Shown here one piece after another: positions 16,106 through 25,559 of a DNA stretch of 28,452 bases. Each line of letters begins with the position of its first letter. Positions within the stretch are counted from its first letter, which is position 1. The stretch comes from a virus (taxonomy: Duplodnaviria > Caudoviricetes): positions 1 to 28,452 of the IMG/VR virus record IMGVR_UViG_3300009442_000027; one strand, 5' to 3'. The translations under genes and the position numbers were made by a program. The notes beneath the pieces are model-generated. The model was not told where the DNA came from. It saw only the letters and a list, made by a program, of their open reading frames with translations, and searched no databases.

Positions 16106-16398
16106 TGTTTACAGCTACAGAAGATCAAATTAAAAATTGGAAAAAAGAACACGGTGATGTTTTTAAATTCAAATCAGAAAAACACGGAAAGGCTGTTTAT
16201 TGCAGAAAACCGAAGCGAAAAGAAATGAGTTTTGTGAGTACGATTAAAGATCCTTTGAAATTCAATGAGGCACTTTTGAAAGCCTGTTGGTTGGATGGTG
16301 ACGCTGAAGTATTGACGAATGAAGATATTTTCTTAGGGATGTCCGCAGAAGTTTCTCTGCTTTTGGAGTTTGCAAAAATAGATGTGGAAAAGCTTTAG
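16105..16398 (+). CDS. Tail assembly chaperone (gpG-like)
   Basis: 97 aa between tube and tape measure; ends GTG GAA AAG CTT TAG. Confidence 0.78.
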   Translation: MFTATEDQIKNWKKEHGDVFKFKSEKHGKAVYCRKPKRKEMSFVSTIKDPLKFNEALLKACWLDGDAEVLTNEDIFLGMSAEVSLLLEFAKIDVEKL

Positions 16399-16601
16399 AG
16401 GCCGCTGAAGTAACGTTTGATCAATTTATTAGAATTAGCAACGCACAACTTAGATATTATTTTAATATTCAAGACCCTGACGGCCTCGATACTGAGAAAT
16501 GGGCACAATTGGTAAGAGAATTACAGTTTGTAAGAGGTCTGGAAAATCCAGACTCTGAAACACATAAAGACTATGAGCAGTACATTAAATTACATTCTTA
16601 A
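16392..16601 (+). CDS. -1 frame extension of the tail chaperone (gpGT-like), absent from the ORF track
   Basis: ATG-less 69-codon frame ALEAAEVTFDQFIRISNAQLRYYFNIQDPDGLDTEKWAQLVRELQFVR..., entered at GGAAAAG (16386-16392); fills the gap up to the tape measure gene. Confidence 0.72.
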   Translation, partial: ALEAAEVTFDQFIRISNAQLRYYFNIQDPDGLDTEKWAQLVRELQFVRGLENPDSETHKDYEQYIKLHS

Positions 16602-18585
16602 ATTCAGATCAGATGCAGACAAAGTGACTGCATCTGTTTTTAAGTTAGATAAAGGTTTAAATGGTGTTCAAGATCGAATTAAAAAATTAAGTACTAAGTT
16701 TTCTTCTGGAATTGATAAAATCAATTCTAAACTCGGAGGGCTTCGCTTAAATTCTTTCATTCAAAATATACAGTTTGCATCCCAAGGTTTGGACTCTTTA
16801 AACGCCCCAGGACTCAAATTAAATGCCTCGCTAGCTGATCTGTCCGCAATTACAGATGTTACGGGTGACGGCCTAAAAAAGATCGAGCGTTACGCTCGTG
16901 ATAATGCCAAAACATTTGGCGGTGAAGCTGCTGATGGCGTGGAATCGTATAAGTTGATACTGTCTCAACTTAATCCAGAAATAGCGAAGGCTCCAAGGGC
17001 TTTACAAAATATGGGGAATCATGTGAGTACACTGAGTAAAACAATGGGCGGTGATGCGACCGCTGCTACTGAAGTATTGACAACAGCGATGAATCAATAT
17101 CAGATTTCCACGGATGACCCTATTAAAGCGAGTGAGCAGATGGGAATCATGATGAACATTATGGCGGCAGGTGCAAAAGAAGGATCTGCTGAACTGCCTC
17201 AAATAAAATCAGCTTTGGAAAATGCAGGTTTGGCAGCAAAAACGGCCAATGTTAATTTTTCAGAAACAAATGGATATATTCAAGTTTTAGACAAAGCAGG
17301 AAAAAAAGGCGCTGAAGGTGGTATTGCATTACGTAACGTCATGGCTTCATTGGCTCAGGGGCGTTTTTTACCAAAAGATGTTCAAAAAGAATTGGCTTCA
17401 GCAGGGATCAGTATTTCGAGTTTAACGGACAAAAATAAGTCGTTATCGGATCGATTAAAGCCGTTACGTGGCATCATGCATGATCAGGCTTTGGTTACTA
17501 AATTATTTGGTAAAGAAAACAGCAACGCCGCCATTGCTATGATTAGCGGAATCGATGAAGCTGAACGTTTAACGACAGCAATTACAGGCACCAATACAGC
17601 TTATGAGCAAGCGGCAATTGTGATGGAATCACAAGCTGAAAAAAATTCAAGACTTACTGCCAGAATAGATGACTTTAAAATTAGTTTGTTTAATGCAACT
17701 GGTGGCCTTATGGGTTATGCATCTGTTTTAGGTTCGGTTGCTTTTGATATTAGTAATTTGATTCCAATTTTTAGCGGTTTTGGTCAAATTATTTCATTTG
17801 TTACCAATGCTACAAAAATGCAAGCTTTATGGGCTGGTATTGTCAGTACTGCAACTACTGTTTGGACAGGTGTACAATGGCTTTTAAATGCGGCACTTTC
17901 ACCTATAATTTTGATCCCAGTAATTATAATCGCTATTGTTGCTGCAATTGCTTTGGTGATTTCAAAAACAGAGGGTTGGGGCAAAGCCTGGAAACATACG
18001 GTTAATGGCGCAAAACTTTTATTTAAAGCCTATTCTCAATCTGTAAAGTTATATTTTATGACTGCTGTCAATGCTATAATGGTTGGGATTAATCTGATCA
18101 AATTAGGTTGGTTTAAATTTAAGGAAGCTGTTGGACTTGGTGATAGTAGCGAAAATCAAAATATGATTTCTAAAATCAAAGCTGATACTGAAGCTCGTAA
18201 ACTAGCTGTTATAGACCAAGCGAAAAAAGTGGCAGCGACCTTAATTAAGTCAAAGGATGAATTTCAAAAAGCAGCAGGATCTATAAAGTGGAAGGTGAAA
18301 ACAGAAATTGAAAATCCTTCAGGGATTGCAGTTCCAAATTTGCCCGGTGTTCTTAATTCTGGAGAAACTATTACTAAAGACCCAAACAAAGACCCTCTAA
18401 AAACAAATAAATCGATTGCTACAGGCGGTACAAAACATAATTATATCACTATTAATTTAGATAAATTGATAGAAGCGGTCAATATTAAAGGAAACGATTT
18501 TAAAGACAGTGCAAAACAGATGCAAGACCAAACAACAGATGCACTCTTACGAACCTTGGCTTTAGCCACAACAGCAGGAAGTTAA
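16573..18585 (+). CDS. Tail tape measure protein
   Basis: 670 aa; Ala/Gly-rich helical TP901-type core (KGAEGGIALRNV) and a central hydrophobic segment. Confidence 0.92.
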   Translation: MSSTLNYILKFRSDADKVTASVFKLDKGLNGVQDRIKKLSTKFSSGIDKINSKLGGLRLNSFIQNIQFASQGLDSLNAPGLKLNASLADLSAITDVTGDGLKKIERYARDNAKTFGGEAADGVESYKLILSQLNPEIAKAPRALQNMGNHVSTLSKTMGGDATAATEVLTTAMNQYQISTDDPIKASEQMGIMMNIMAAGAKEGSAELPQIKSALENAGLAAKTANVNFSETNGYIQVLDKAGKKGAEGGIALRNVMASLAQGRFLPKDVQKELASAGISISSLTDKNKSLSDRLKPLRGIMHDQALVTKLFGKENSNAAIAMISGIDEAERLTTAITGTNTAYEQAAIVMESQAEKNSRLTARIDDFKISLFNATGGLMGYASVLGSVAFDISNLIPIFSGFGQIISFVTNATKMQALWAGIVSTATTVWTGVQWLLNAALSPIILIPVIIIAIVAAIALVISKTEGWGKAWKHTVNGAKLLFKAYSQSVKLYFMTAVNAIMVGINLIKLGWFKFKEAVGLGDSSENQNMISKIKADTEARKLAVIDQAKKVAATLIKSKDEFQKAAGSIKWKVKTEIENPSGIAVPNLPGVLNSGETITKDPNKDPLKTNKSIATGGTKHNYITINLDKLIEAVNIKGNDFKDSAKQMQDQTTDALLRTLALATTAGS

Positions 18586-19278
18586 ATGGTATTTGATCAA
18601 ACAGACATATTATTCGCTTCGTTGGTTGGTTCTAAAGTCACCGAGTCAATTCCACGTTTTGAAGCGATTCAAAATGAGTTGGCCAAACACGTATTGCCGC
18701 CAATACCTTTTTTGCCTCTAATCAATAAAGAAAAAATAGATCATGCTGAAGGTGGTTATGATGGTGATTTATGGAAAGCAGACGCGCCGACCCCAAAGGA
18801 TCAACAGTTTTTTCCTTTGACTCTAATTGTTGAAGTTGAAACCAATGGATCAACAAAACAACAACGGTTTTTGCTGCCGTACGAACCACTAATTAATATT
18901 AGTGGAAAAAACACGATCATTCGTAGAAATGTGGCCAAGATGAAACAAAATAATGGTGTTTCAATAGGGGGATCGATCAAAGAACGTTGGACTCAAGACG
19001 ATTATGAGATTACAATCACTGGTGTATTGATTGGTTCTATTTTGAAAGGGTCTAATGAAGATTGCTATCCAAAAGACGATTTTCAGTCTTTGTTAGTGTA
19101 TCTAACGGCCGCCAAAAGAATAGGGGTTGAGTGTGAACCTTTACAGCTGTTAGGGATCAACCATATAGTAATAGAAGAATTTAGTTTTCCTTTTACAAAG
19201 GGTGAAAATGTACAAGCTTATGAAATTAAAGCTTACAGCGATTTTGATTACAAATTATTATTAGACATAAATGATTAA
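18586..19278 (+). CDS. Tail tube initiator-like protein (DUF6046-like)
   Basis: 230 aa; EPLINISGKNTIIRRNV, GSIKERWTQDDYEITITG and C-terminal AYSD motifs; follows the tape measure. Confidence 0.7.
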   Translation: MVFDQTDILFASLVGSKVTESIPRFEAIQNELAKHVLPPIPFLPLINKEKIDHAEGGYDGDLWKADAPTPKDQQFFPLTLIVEVETNGSTKQQRFLLPYEPLINISGKNTIIRRNVAKMKQNNGVSIGGSIKERWTQDDYEITITGVLIGSILKGSNEDCYPKDDFQSLLVYLTAAKRIGVECEPLQLLGINHIVIEEFSFPFTKGENVQAYEIKAYSDFDYKLLLDIND

Positions 19279-19744
19279 AGATAATATGAAAGCGAAAGCA
19301 GGACTTTTTACTTTACTTATCGGAATGATAAGTTTAGTGGGATTCGGAATAACTACCGCCGACCCAGTCCAAAATTCAATCCCCGATTCTATGGACTGTT
19401 TTGATACAGAAATAGTTTTGGTAAGTGTAGAAATGCCGTTTCAAATGGAATTTGAAATACCGTATTTAGAGCATCAAATCGATGTTCAGAGCAATGTGAT
19501 TGTTTTCTCAAATTCTTCTTTAGAAGATGCTAATTATAGTATCTATGATTATAGAAGTTTTGAGGATCCTGGATTAAAAGTTTCAAAGAAGTATGAACGA
19601 ACAAAAAACACTATTACATCCGTTCTTATACCTCCAAATGAAATTGTACAGCGATATCATAATTTAATCGGTAAAAACAAATCAACTTTAAAACTTCAAG
19701 TTGCAAGTTTAGGATCAAAATTTTTATTGCCAGATATTTCTTAG
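19271..19744 (+). CDS. Hypothetical protein with N-terminal signal/TM segment within the tail operon
   Basis: 157 aa; MKAKAGLFTLLIGMISLVGFG hydrophobic segment; followed by a terminator-like hairpin. Confidence 0.55.
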   Translation: MIKDNMKAKAGLFTLLIGMISLVGFGITTADPVQNSIPDSMDCFDTEIVLVSVEMPFQMEFEIPYLEHQIDVQSNVIVFSNSSLEDANYSIYDYRSFEDPGLKVSKKYERTKNTITSVLIPPNEIVQRYHNLIGKNKSTLKLQVASLGSKFLLPDIS

Positions 19745-19767
19745 AAAACAAAAAGTAATTATTATTG

Positions 19768-19797
19768 AAAAACGTCTGTTTAGGCGGGCGTTTTTTT
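19768..19797 (+). terminator. Intrinsic terminator (G-U-rich stem)
   Basis: AAAAACGTCTGT-ttag-GCGGGCGTTTTTTT: stem with several G-U pairs followed by a T7 run. Confidence 0.6.
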
Positions 19798-19810
19798 AAA
19801 AAATAAGATC

Positions 19811-20785
19811 ATGCTAAACATAGATTGGAACATAGAATTTCAGACAAACGGACAAGGCTACCAGTTAGGGATGCTCGCTGAATGTGAAGTGTTTTCTTCA
19901 GTTGAAAATTTAGCAGACACAGCCACAATTGTTTTACCAGAAGCCGTAATGAATGAGGTTTTAAATTTTGAAAATAAATTGATTCGTGGTTCTGAAGTGG
20001 TTATAAAAATGGGTTATGATGGTGTTTTGGAAACCGAGTTTACCGGCTATATCCAAGACATTACTAATAACGATAGTTCTTTGAAAATAGTTTGTGAAGA
20101 TGCTTTGTTTTTGTTTAGAGTTGGGATTCCCGACATTGAATTGAAACCAACGTCTTTATCAAAAATCGGACAGTATTTAATTGATCAAATTGACAGCTCT
20201 TTTAGTTTGAAATGTACGTATGACATTAATTATGAAAAGTTCACAATTCACCAAGCGACAGGTTATGATGTTTTAAAAAAGATTCAATCAGAAACGAAAG
20301 CTAATATTTATTTTAATACGAAATTGAAGGAATTACATATTCACCCCCCCTATGTTGAAAAAGGTGGCGAAGTCTTTTATTCGATGCAAAAAAACGTTGA
20401 AAACTCATCTTTAGAATTTGACAATAAGTTAGATTCTAAAGTTGAAATCACGATTGAAAGCACAGATTTGAAAGGCACTGTTCACAAGGTGACAGCAGGG
20501 ACCACGGGCGGTAATAAAGTAACTCTAAAAGTTGGGGCGATGGATGAAGCATCGATGCGAAGAATCGCAGATGTAGAATTACTTAAAAGTAATGCAGCAG
20601 GCTATGAAGGTAGTTTTGATACGTGGTTGATACCATTTGTAAAACCAACGTATTCGGCACGTATTAAAGATGAAGATTACCCAAATAAAACAGGGTATTA
20701 TTATGTGGCATCGGTGGTCACTAATTTGAGTGAATCGGGCGGTAAACGTACGATTACACCAAGTATAAAATTAAGTGATGGATAA
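19811..20785 (+). CDS. Baseplate hub protein (Mu gp44 / late control D-like)
   Basis: 324 aa; LADTATIVLP, GYDG...EFTGYI, CEDALF and GYEGSFDTW motifs. Confidence 0.8.
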   Translation: MLNIDWNIEFQTNGQGYQLGMLAECEVFSSVENLADTATIVLPEAVMNEVLNFENKLIRGSEVVIKMGYDGVLETEFTGYIQDITNNDSSLKIVCEDALFLFRVGIPDIELKPTSLSKIGQYLIDQIDSSFSLKCTYDINYEKFTIHQATGYDVLKKIQSETKANIYFNTKLKELHIHPPYVEKGGEVFYSMQKNVENSSLEFDNKLDSKVEITIESTDLKGTVHKVTAGTTGGNKVTLKVGAMDEASMRRIADVELLKSNAAGYEGSFDTWLIPFVKPTYSARIKDEDYPNKTGYYYVASVVTNLSESGGKRTITPSIKLSDG

Positions 20786-21281
20786 AGCATCTGAATTAAA
20801 AAAACGGTTGCGTGAAGTGGTTGGATTGGATTTAATTTTACCCATAACAGGGACTGTGGTATCAGTAGATACAGATCATTGTAGGGTGAAACTTAAAAGT
20901 GGTTTGATTGTCTCTGATGTGAAGCTTCAAGCGACTATTAGCCGTGGATCTAACTTTTTGAGGTTGATCCCTAAAATTGATAGTACGGTTGTTATGGTGA
21001 GCTTAACGACTGATTTGAATAATTTGACAGTCGTGAAGTTTGATGAAGTAGAAAAAGTAGAATATTCCCAAAATGGTTTGGAAGTATTAATTGACAGCAC
21101 AGATAAGAAGGTTTCAATAAAAAATAATGAAGCTTCATTGGTTGATGTTTTTGAAGATTTAACCACGTTGTTGAAATCGTTTAAAGTTTATACACCTGCT
21201 GGACCTAGTGGGACTGCTTTACCCGATTCAGTAGCTTTGATTAATCAGTTAGAATTGAAGTTTAAAAAGCTATTAAAATAG
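20778..21281 (+). CDS. Baseplate spike/assembly protein (gpV / Mu gp45-like)
   Basis: OB-fold-like N-terminus (GTVVSVD, IPKIDSTVVM) and C-terminal TPAGPSGT; ATG 20778. Confidence 0.65.
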   Translation: MDKASELKKRLREVVGLDLILPITGTVVSVDTDHCRVKLKSGLIVSDVKLQATISRGSNFLRLIPKIDSTVVMVSLTTDLNNLTVVKFDEVEKVEYSQNGLEVLIDSTDKKVSIKNNEASLVDVFEDLTTLLKSFKVYTPAGPSGTALPDSVALINQLELKFKKLLK

Positions 21282-21288
21282 GTTTAAA

Positions 21289-21498
21289 ATGAGTTTAAAT
21301 AAGACAGATTTAAAAAATGACATCATTCAAATCATGAATGACATGATGAAACGTGAAGAAACTTCAATAGAAGAATTTGCGACTCGATTATCAGATTCGA
21401 TTGATACGTATGTGAAAGCTGCTGATATTAATTATACAGGTGGTTTGATAGCTCCAAATGGGGCGGTGTCTGGAACTTTTAACGGCACATTGACATGA
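21289..21498 (+). CDS. Small baseplate-region protein
   Basis: 69 aa; FATRLSDSIDTYVK motif; coupled to the next gene. Confidence 0.6.
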   Translation: MSLNKTDLKNDIIQIMNDMMKREETSIEEFATRLSDSIDTYVKAADINYTGGLIAPNGAVSGTFNGTLT

Positions 21499-21836
21499 AA
21501 GATAAAGCGATTCAATTTGTAGATTATAAAGATGTAGGTACTGTACTCGATTTGAAGATCGATGTGAAAAGGGACCAGGACGGTAAAATAGTAAGCGGTT
21601 TGGTGATTGGCGACACGCTTCAGCAAAACAAGGCTTTTTTGTTGTTAGGTCATCCTAATGATTTTAAAGGCAATCCGTTATTAGGAATTGGAATTGAAGA
21701 TATTTTGTTAAGCAGTGACTTATTAGAATATCGTCACAGAATTAGAGAGCAATTTGCAGTAGATGGGTTAAAGATCACGAACCTGGACCTATATAATACA
21801 AATCGAATTAAAATTGAAGCGCATTATGAAAGTTAA
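21495..21836 (+). CDS. Baseplate wedge protein (gp25/W-like)
   Basis: 113 aa; GDTLQQN, FKGNPLLGIGI and IREQFAVDG motifs. Confidence 0.65.
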   Translation: MKDKAIQFVDYKDVGTVLDLKIDVKRDQDGKIVSGLVIGDTLQQNKAFLLLGHPNDFKGNPLLGIGIEDILLSSDLLEYRHRIREQFAVDGLKITNLDLYNTNRIKIEAHYES

Positions 21837-22107
21837 ACAGGGTCAAAGTTTTTTGGATAAGGTTACACAACTGACAGGCTCATTTGAGAATGCTTTAAAA
21901 ATGGCCTTATTGAACGGAATAAGCATTACAGATGACGTTGCAAAAGGTTTGGTTGTAATTCCTACTGAAGTCACAAATTTACGCGTTGTGGCTTCTTATA
22001 ATGAGTTTAATGAGCCTTCAACAAATATTGGTCACAGTGAAATACAGGCCTTAGAAACTTTTGGCATTGGTGCAATGGGAATTGCAGATACATTAATAAT
22101 AGCATGA
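21826..22107 (+). CDS. LysM/gpX-like baseplate protein
   Basis: VKQGQSFLD...GSFENALKMALLNGISITDD LysM-like pattern; ATG 21826. Confidence 0.62.
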   Translation: MKVKQGQSFLDKVTQLTGSFENALKMALLNGISITDDVAKGLVVIPTEVTNLRVVASYNEFNEPSTNIGHSEIQALETFGIGAMGIADTLIIA

Positions 22108-22964
22108 GAACACGAATAGAAATAAAAAATCAGATCACAACTTCATTTATCAATAATGAGGTTATTTCAGGTGCTTATGGATTAACGGAAAACTTGACCT
22201 TTGAACAGCAATTTTCATTGGTGAGCTTTGAAAATATTTTGTTTGATATTCTCTCATTTTCAATATTCCTTTTAGAGCAATTATTTAATCAGCACCAAAA
22301 AGAAGTTGAAGATCAGCTGTACAATCAAAAATCTGGAAGCCTTCCTTGGTATCGATTCATGGCCTTGAAATTTCAATATGGATTTGCTTTGATTACCGAT
22401 TCTGATGAATTTGATAATTCGAGTTCGACTACTGAACAAATAGAAGCCTCCAAAATTATAAAGTATGCAGCAGTAAATGAAGGTGATGTTCAGGGCACCG
22501 TAATTGTTAAAATAGCGGGTGAAACCAATGGAGTTTTAGCGCCTATTAGTGCTTCAGCTCAAACGAGTGTAGAAGCTTATTTTGAAGAAATAAAATATTC
22601 AGGTACTAGAGTTCGAGTCATTAATTACCTTCATGATCGGTTGTTTTTGAATTTAAGAATTTATAGAAATCCTTTGGTTTTAGATGCGAATGGGGTGAGT
22701 ATTTTAACGGGCGTTAAGTCTGTAGAAGAAGCCATCCAGGCATACATGAAAGAATTGCCTTTTAATGGTGAATTAGAGCTTGAAAGTTTGACAGACAAGC
22801 TCCAATTGGTTGATGGCGTAATTACAGCTCATTTAATTGAAGCTTCTACAAGTCACATAACAGAAGAGGGTTATGGATTGCCAAATCCAATTGATGTGAA
22901 ACGGATTCCTGAAAGTGGATATTTTCAGGTGGTTAATTTTGATAATATCAGTTATGTGGTATAA
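22104..22964 (+). CDS. Baseplate J-like protein
   Basis: 286 aa; WYRFMALKFQYG, IIKYAAV, LPFNG, LQLVDGV and PESGYF motifs. Confidence 0.72.
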   Translation: MRTRIEIKNQITTSFINNEVISGAYGLTENLTFEQQFSLVSFENILFDILSFSIFLLEQLFNQHQKEVEDQLYNQKSGSLPWYRFMALKFQYGFALITDSDEFDNSSSTTEQIEASKIIKYAAVNEGDVQGTVIVKIAGETNGVLAPISASAQTSVEAYFEEIKYSGTRVRVINYLHDRLFLNLRIYRNPLVLDANGVSILTGVKSVEEAIQAYMKELPFNGELELESLTDKLQLVDGVITAHLIEASTSHITEEGYGLPNPIDVKRIPESGYFQVVNFDNISYVV

Positions 22965-23418
22965 TATAAATTTTGAAAAATTGTTTTTGCTGTTGCAGCC
23001 AACCTTTTTGAGAAAACAGGTGACCGCCGCATTTGTAAAAACTGCATTTAGTCCCCTAAAAACCATTTATGATAATTGGTTTAAGGCTCGAAATGAAGCA
23101 CTGTATAAATTGGCTCACAATGGGCAGGTTTGTTTGTTACGAAAGTCTTTGAATGATCATTTTGATGGTAGCTTAAGAAGGATCTATATCGGCAATGGAA
23201 ATAGTTATTTAAGAAAATATATTTATACAAATGCAGAAGAAAAACCTCAGTATTTGGGTAAAATATTCATTCATTCTTTTTCTGATTATTCTGATACGGG
23301 TGTTGACTTTATCGTATTTGCACCGACAAGTATTGTAGGATCACAAATTTTTGAATTAGAAGCTTTCATTGAATTTTACAGAGAAGGCGTTAAACGTTAT
23401 AAAATAGTAGGAATATGA
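22954..23418 (+). CDS. Baseplate/tail protein (gpI-like position)
   Basis: ATG 22954; LLQPTFLRK, HNGQVCLLRKSLNDHFD and DFIVFAP motifs; follows the J-like gene. Confidence 0.65.
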   Translation: MWYNINFEKLFLLLQPTFLRKQVTAAFVKTAFSPLKTIYDNWFKARNEALYKLAHNGQVCLLRKSLNDHFDGSLRRIYIGNGNSYLRKYIYTNAEEKPQYLGKIFIHSFSDYSDTGVDFIVFAPTSIVGSQIFELEAFIEFYREGVKRYKIVGI

Positions 23419-24248
23419 ATAAAACAGATTTCAGTCACATAGGGGGTTTTCCATTTGAAACGGAAACTTTGGAACATATGCAAGAAGCTTATGATATTTT
23501 TCAAGCCTTTGGTGAATTGGTTGGTACAAAATCAATTGTCAAAGGATGCATTCAGACCAGTAATAATGTCAGTGATGGTGTTATTTATTGGGACGGCGAG
23601 CTGTTGCCTTTTGTTGGTGGTGAACTTCAAAGTAAAATTAAGATTGTTGAAGTCATAAGTTCAGCTGAGTTTGAAGATGGTGAAGTGAAGCCAATTCATT
23701 ATAAACGTCATGCAGCCTTTGGAAGTGGCACGGATGCAATATTGTGGACTGAATTTAAAAGAGCTTATCCAATTACTTCGGGGTTGTATTTAGACAAAGT
23801 AGATATGTATGCAGGCGCTTTAAACCAAATACCAACAGGGTGGCATCTTTGTGACGGTTCAAATGGTACTGTTGATTTAAGAGGGCGATTTGTTGTTGGA
23901 TTAGATCCCTCAAAAACCGATTATAATGAGGTTGGGAAAAATGGTGGTACAGAAGAAGTTGTTTTGTTAAAACAAAATTTACCGTCTTACAATTTAACAA
24001 AAAACTTATCTACTAGTTCAAAAACTGTCAATGGAAAATACATTGGTGACGATGGTGATGGATGGCCGGATGGCTCTACAGATAGAACGCCACAAGGCGT
24101 CGAAAATAGTTATTTAAGAGATTCAGAAACACTTGTAATTCCGTCACTTCCTGTCAATGGAACAATATCTTCAGGTGGTTCAAATGAGGCACACGAAAAT
24201 CGCCCGCCATTTTACACACTTGCATACATTCAATTTAAAGGCATATAA
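23415..24248 (+). CDS. Tail fibre protein with tail-collar domain
   Basis: 277 aa; IPTGWHLCDGSNGTVDLRGRFVVG and AHENRPPFYTLAYI collar motifs. Confidence 0.82.
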   Translation: MNKTDFSHIGGFPFETETLEHMQEAYDIFQAFGELVGTKSIVKGCIQTSNNVSDGVIYWDGELLPFVGGELQSKIKIVEVISSAEFEDGEVKPIHYKRHAAFGSGTDAILWTEFKRAYPITSGLYLDKVDMYAGALNQIPTGWHLCDGSNGTVDLRGRFVVGLDPSKTDYNEVGKNGGTEEVVLLKQNLPSYNLTKNLSTSSKTVNGKYIGDDGDGWPDGSTDRTPQGVENSYLRDSETLVIPSLPVNGTISSGGSNEAHENRPPFYTLAYIQFKGI

Positions 24249-24250
24249 TT

Positions 24251-25024
24251 ATGGCAATAGTAAATTTAAACACTATTAAAAACTGGTTTAAAACTGGTTT
24301 AAAACCAACACAATCACAATTTTGGAGTACTTGGGATTCTTTTTGGCACAAAAATGATTCAATTCCAGCAAATTCAATTGATGGTCTTGACGATTTATTA
24401 GATGAAAAAGCGGATTCGGAAGCTATTGAAAATCACTTAACTGATGAAGATGCACACTCTGATGAGTTTGATAAAAAAGTCGATAAAGTTGAAGGGAAAG
24501 GTTTATCGTCCGCTGATTTTACCCAGAAAGAAAAGACAAAGTTAGCTGAATTAGGTACTGTCTCTATAAAGGATTCTTCATCTACTGAAATATTTAAAGT
24601 AACTGATGAATTGTCTTTTGGTGATGGCTTCGAACTTGATCCTTTAGAGAAAAAAATTAGGTATAGTCCAACTCAAAGTAACTGGCAAACTCTACCATTA
24701 CTAAATGGTGGAACTGGTTATGTTAAATATAAAAGAATCGGCAATAAAATTTTATTAAGAGTTTCTTTAAGCTCCTATAGTGAAAGTGTATCATGGAACC
24801 CTTTTTGTCATTTAGCGAAACTGCCAATAGAGTTTAGACCCGACGAAGAACAACAGAGAACAGTATTTGGTATTACAGGAAGGTATGGTAATGGTGCAAG
24901 TACAAATTTCAGAAACTTAGCTTTGATAATTCAAACAAATGGGGCAGTTTCTGTAACATTTGGAGAAACAAATCAGAATTATAGATTTGATAGTGAATTT
25001 CTAATTAATACAAATGATTTATAG
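24251..25024 (+). CDS. Tail fibre / receptor-binding-type protein
   Basis: 257 aa; NWFKTGLKPTQSQFWSTWDSFWHK N-terminus, KVDKVEGKGLS repeat motif, C-terminal beta domain (YKRIGN, LPIEFRP). Confidence 0.65.
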   Translation: MAIVNLNTIKNWFKTGLKPTQSQFWSTWDSFWHKNDSIPANSIDGLDDLLDEKADSEAIENHLTDEDAHSDEFDKKVDKVEGKGLSSADFTQKEKTKLAELGTVSIKDSSSTEIFKVTDELSFGDGFELDPLEKKIRYSPTQSNWQTLPLLNGGTGYVKYKRIGNKILLRVSLSSYSESVSWNPFCHLAKLPIEFRPDEEQQRTVFGITGRYGNGASTNFRNLALIIQTNGAVSVTFGETNQNYRFDSEFLINTNDL

Positions 25025-25026
25025 AT

Positions 25027-25521
25027 ATGAAACAAGTAATTAAAAGTACAGATATCGCACTGATAACTACTGAAAAAGTAGAGAAAACATTTGATAATAA
25101 GCATGCATATTTACATGTAATTGTTAAGTTATTAAAAGACGACGAGCAGAAACAAGAAAGAACCTATAAGGTAAGAACTGACCTTGTGGGTTATTGTGAT
25201 GTCAAAATACAGATATTTAACTCCGAAGGTGCGCCTCAATTAGGTTCAGATGGATTTCCTTTATTTGAAACCAAAGAGCAACTAGCTTGGCTAGAGCAAA
25301 AACAGGATTGGTCCTTGCAAACTTTCACTTATGCAGAAATAGACAGTTTTGCGTTGGAAGTAGAAGCACAACTTCCTGTAGGTTTAACACGAACGGCAAA
25401 AGAAAAGGTCGAAATACAAATTATATTTTTAGCAAAACGCAAAGAGGCCGCTCCTTGGGGAATTGCAGCAAATAAATGGAGAATACGCACAAATGAAGAT
25501 TTATTAAAAGATAAAGCTTGA
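25027..25521 (+). CDS. Hypothetical protein (possible fibre assembly factor)
   Basis: 164 aa ORF directly after the fibre gene. Confidence 0.55.
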   Translation: MKQVIKSTDIALITTEKVEKTFDNKHAYLHVIVKLLKDDEQKQERTYKVRTDLVGYCDVKIQIFNSEGAPQLGSDGFPLFETKEQLAWLEQKQDWSLQTFTYAEIDSFALEVEAQLPVGLTRTAKEKVEIQIIFLAKRKEAAPWGIAANKWRIRTNEDLLKDKA

Positions 25522-25559
25522 CATGATACGAGTTGGAAAACTTATAAAATAATTTAAAA

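Noticed and set aside
10958-23658. Other short antisense or off-frame ORFs within head, tail and baseplate genes
   Set aside because: Fully overlapped by conserved structural genes, with no independent signals seen.
24279-24305. 11-bp tandem repeat AAAACTGGTTT x2.5 at the start of a fibre gene, possible phase variation
   Set aside because: It encodes the KNWFKTGLKP motif in AT-rich codons and has only two full copies; most likely coincidental.
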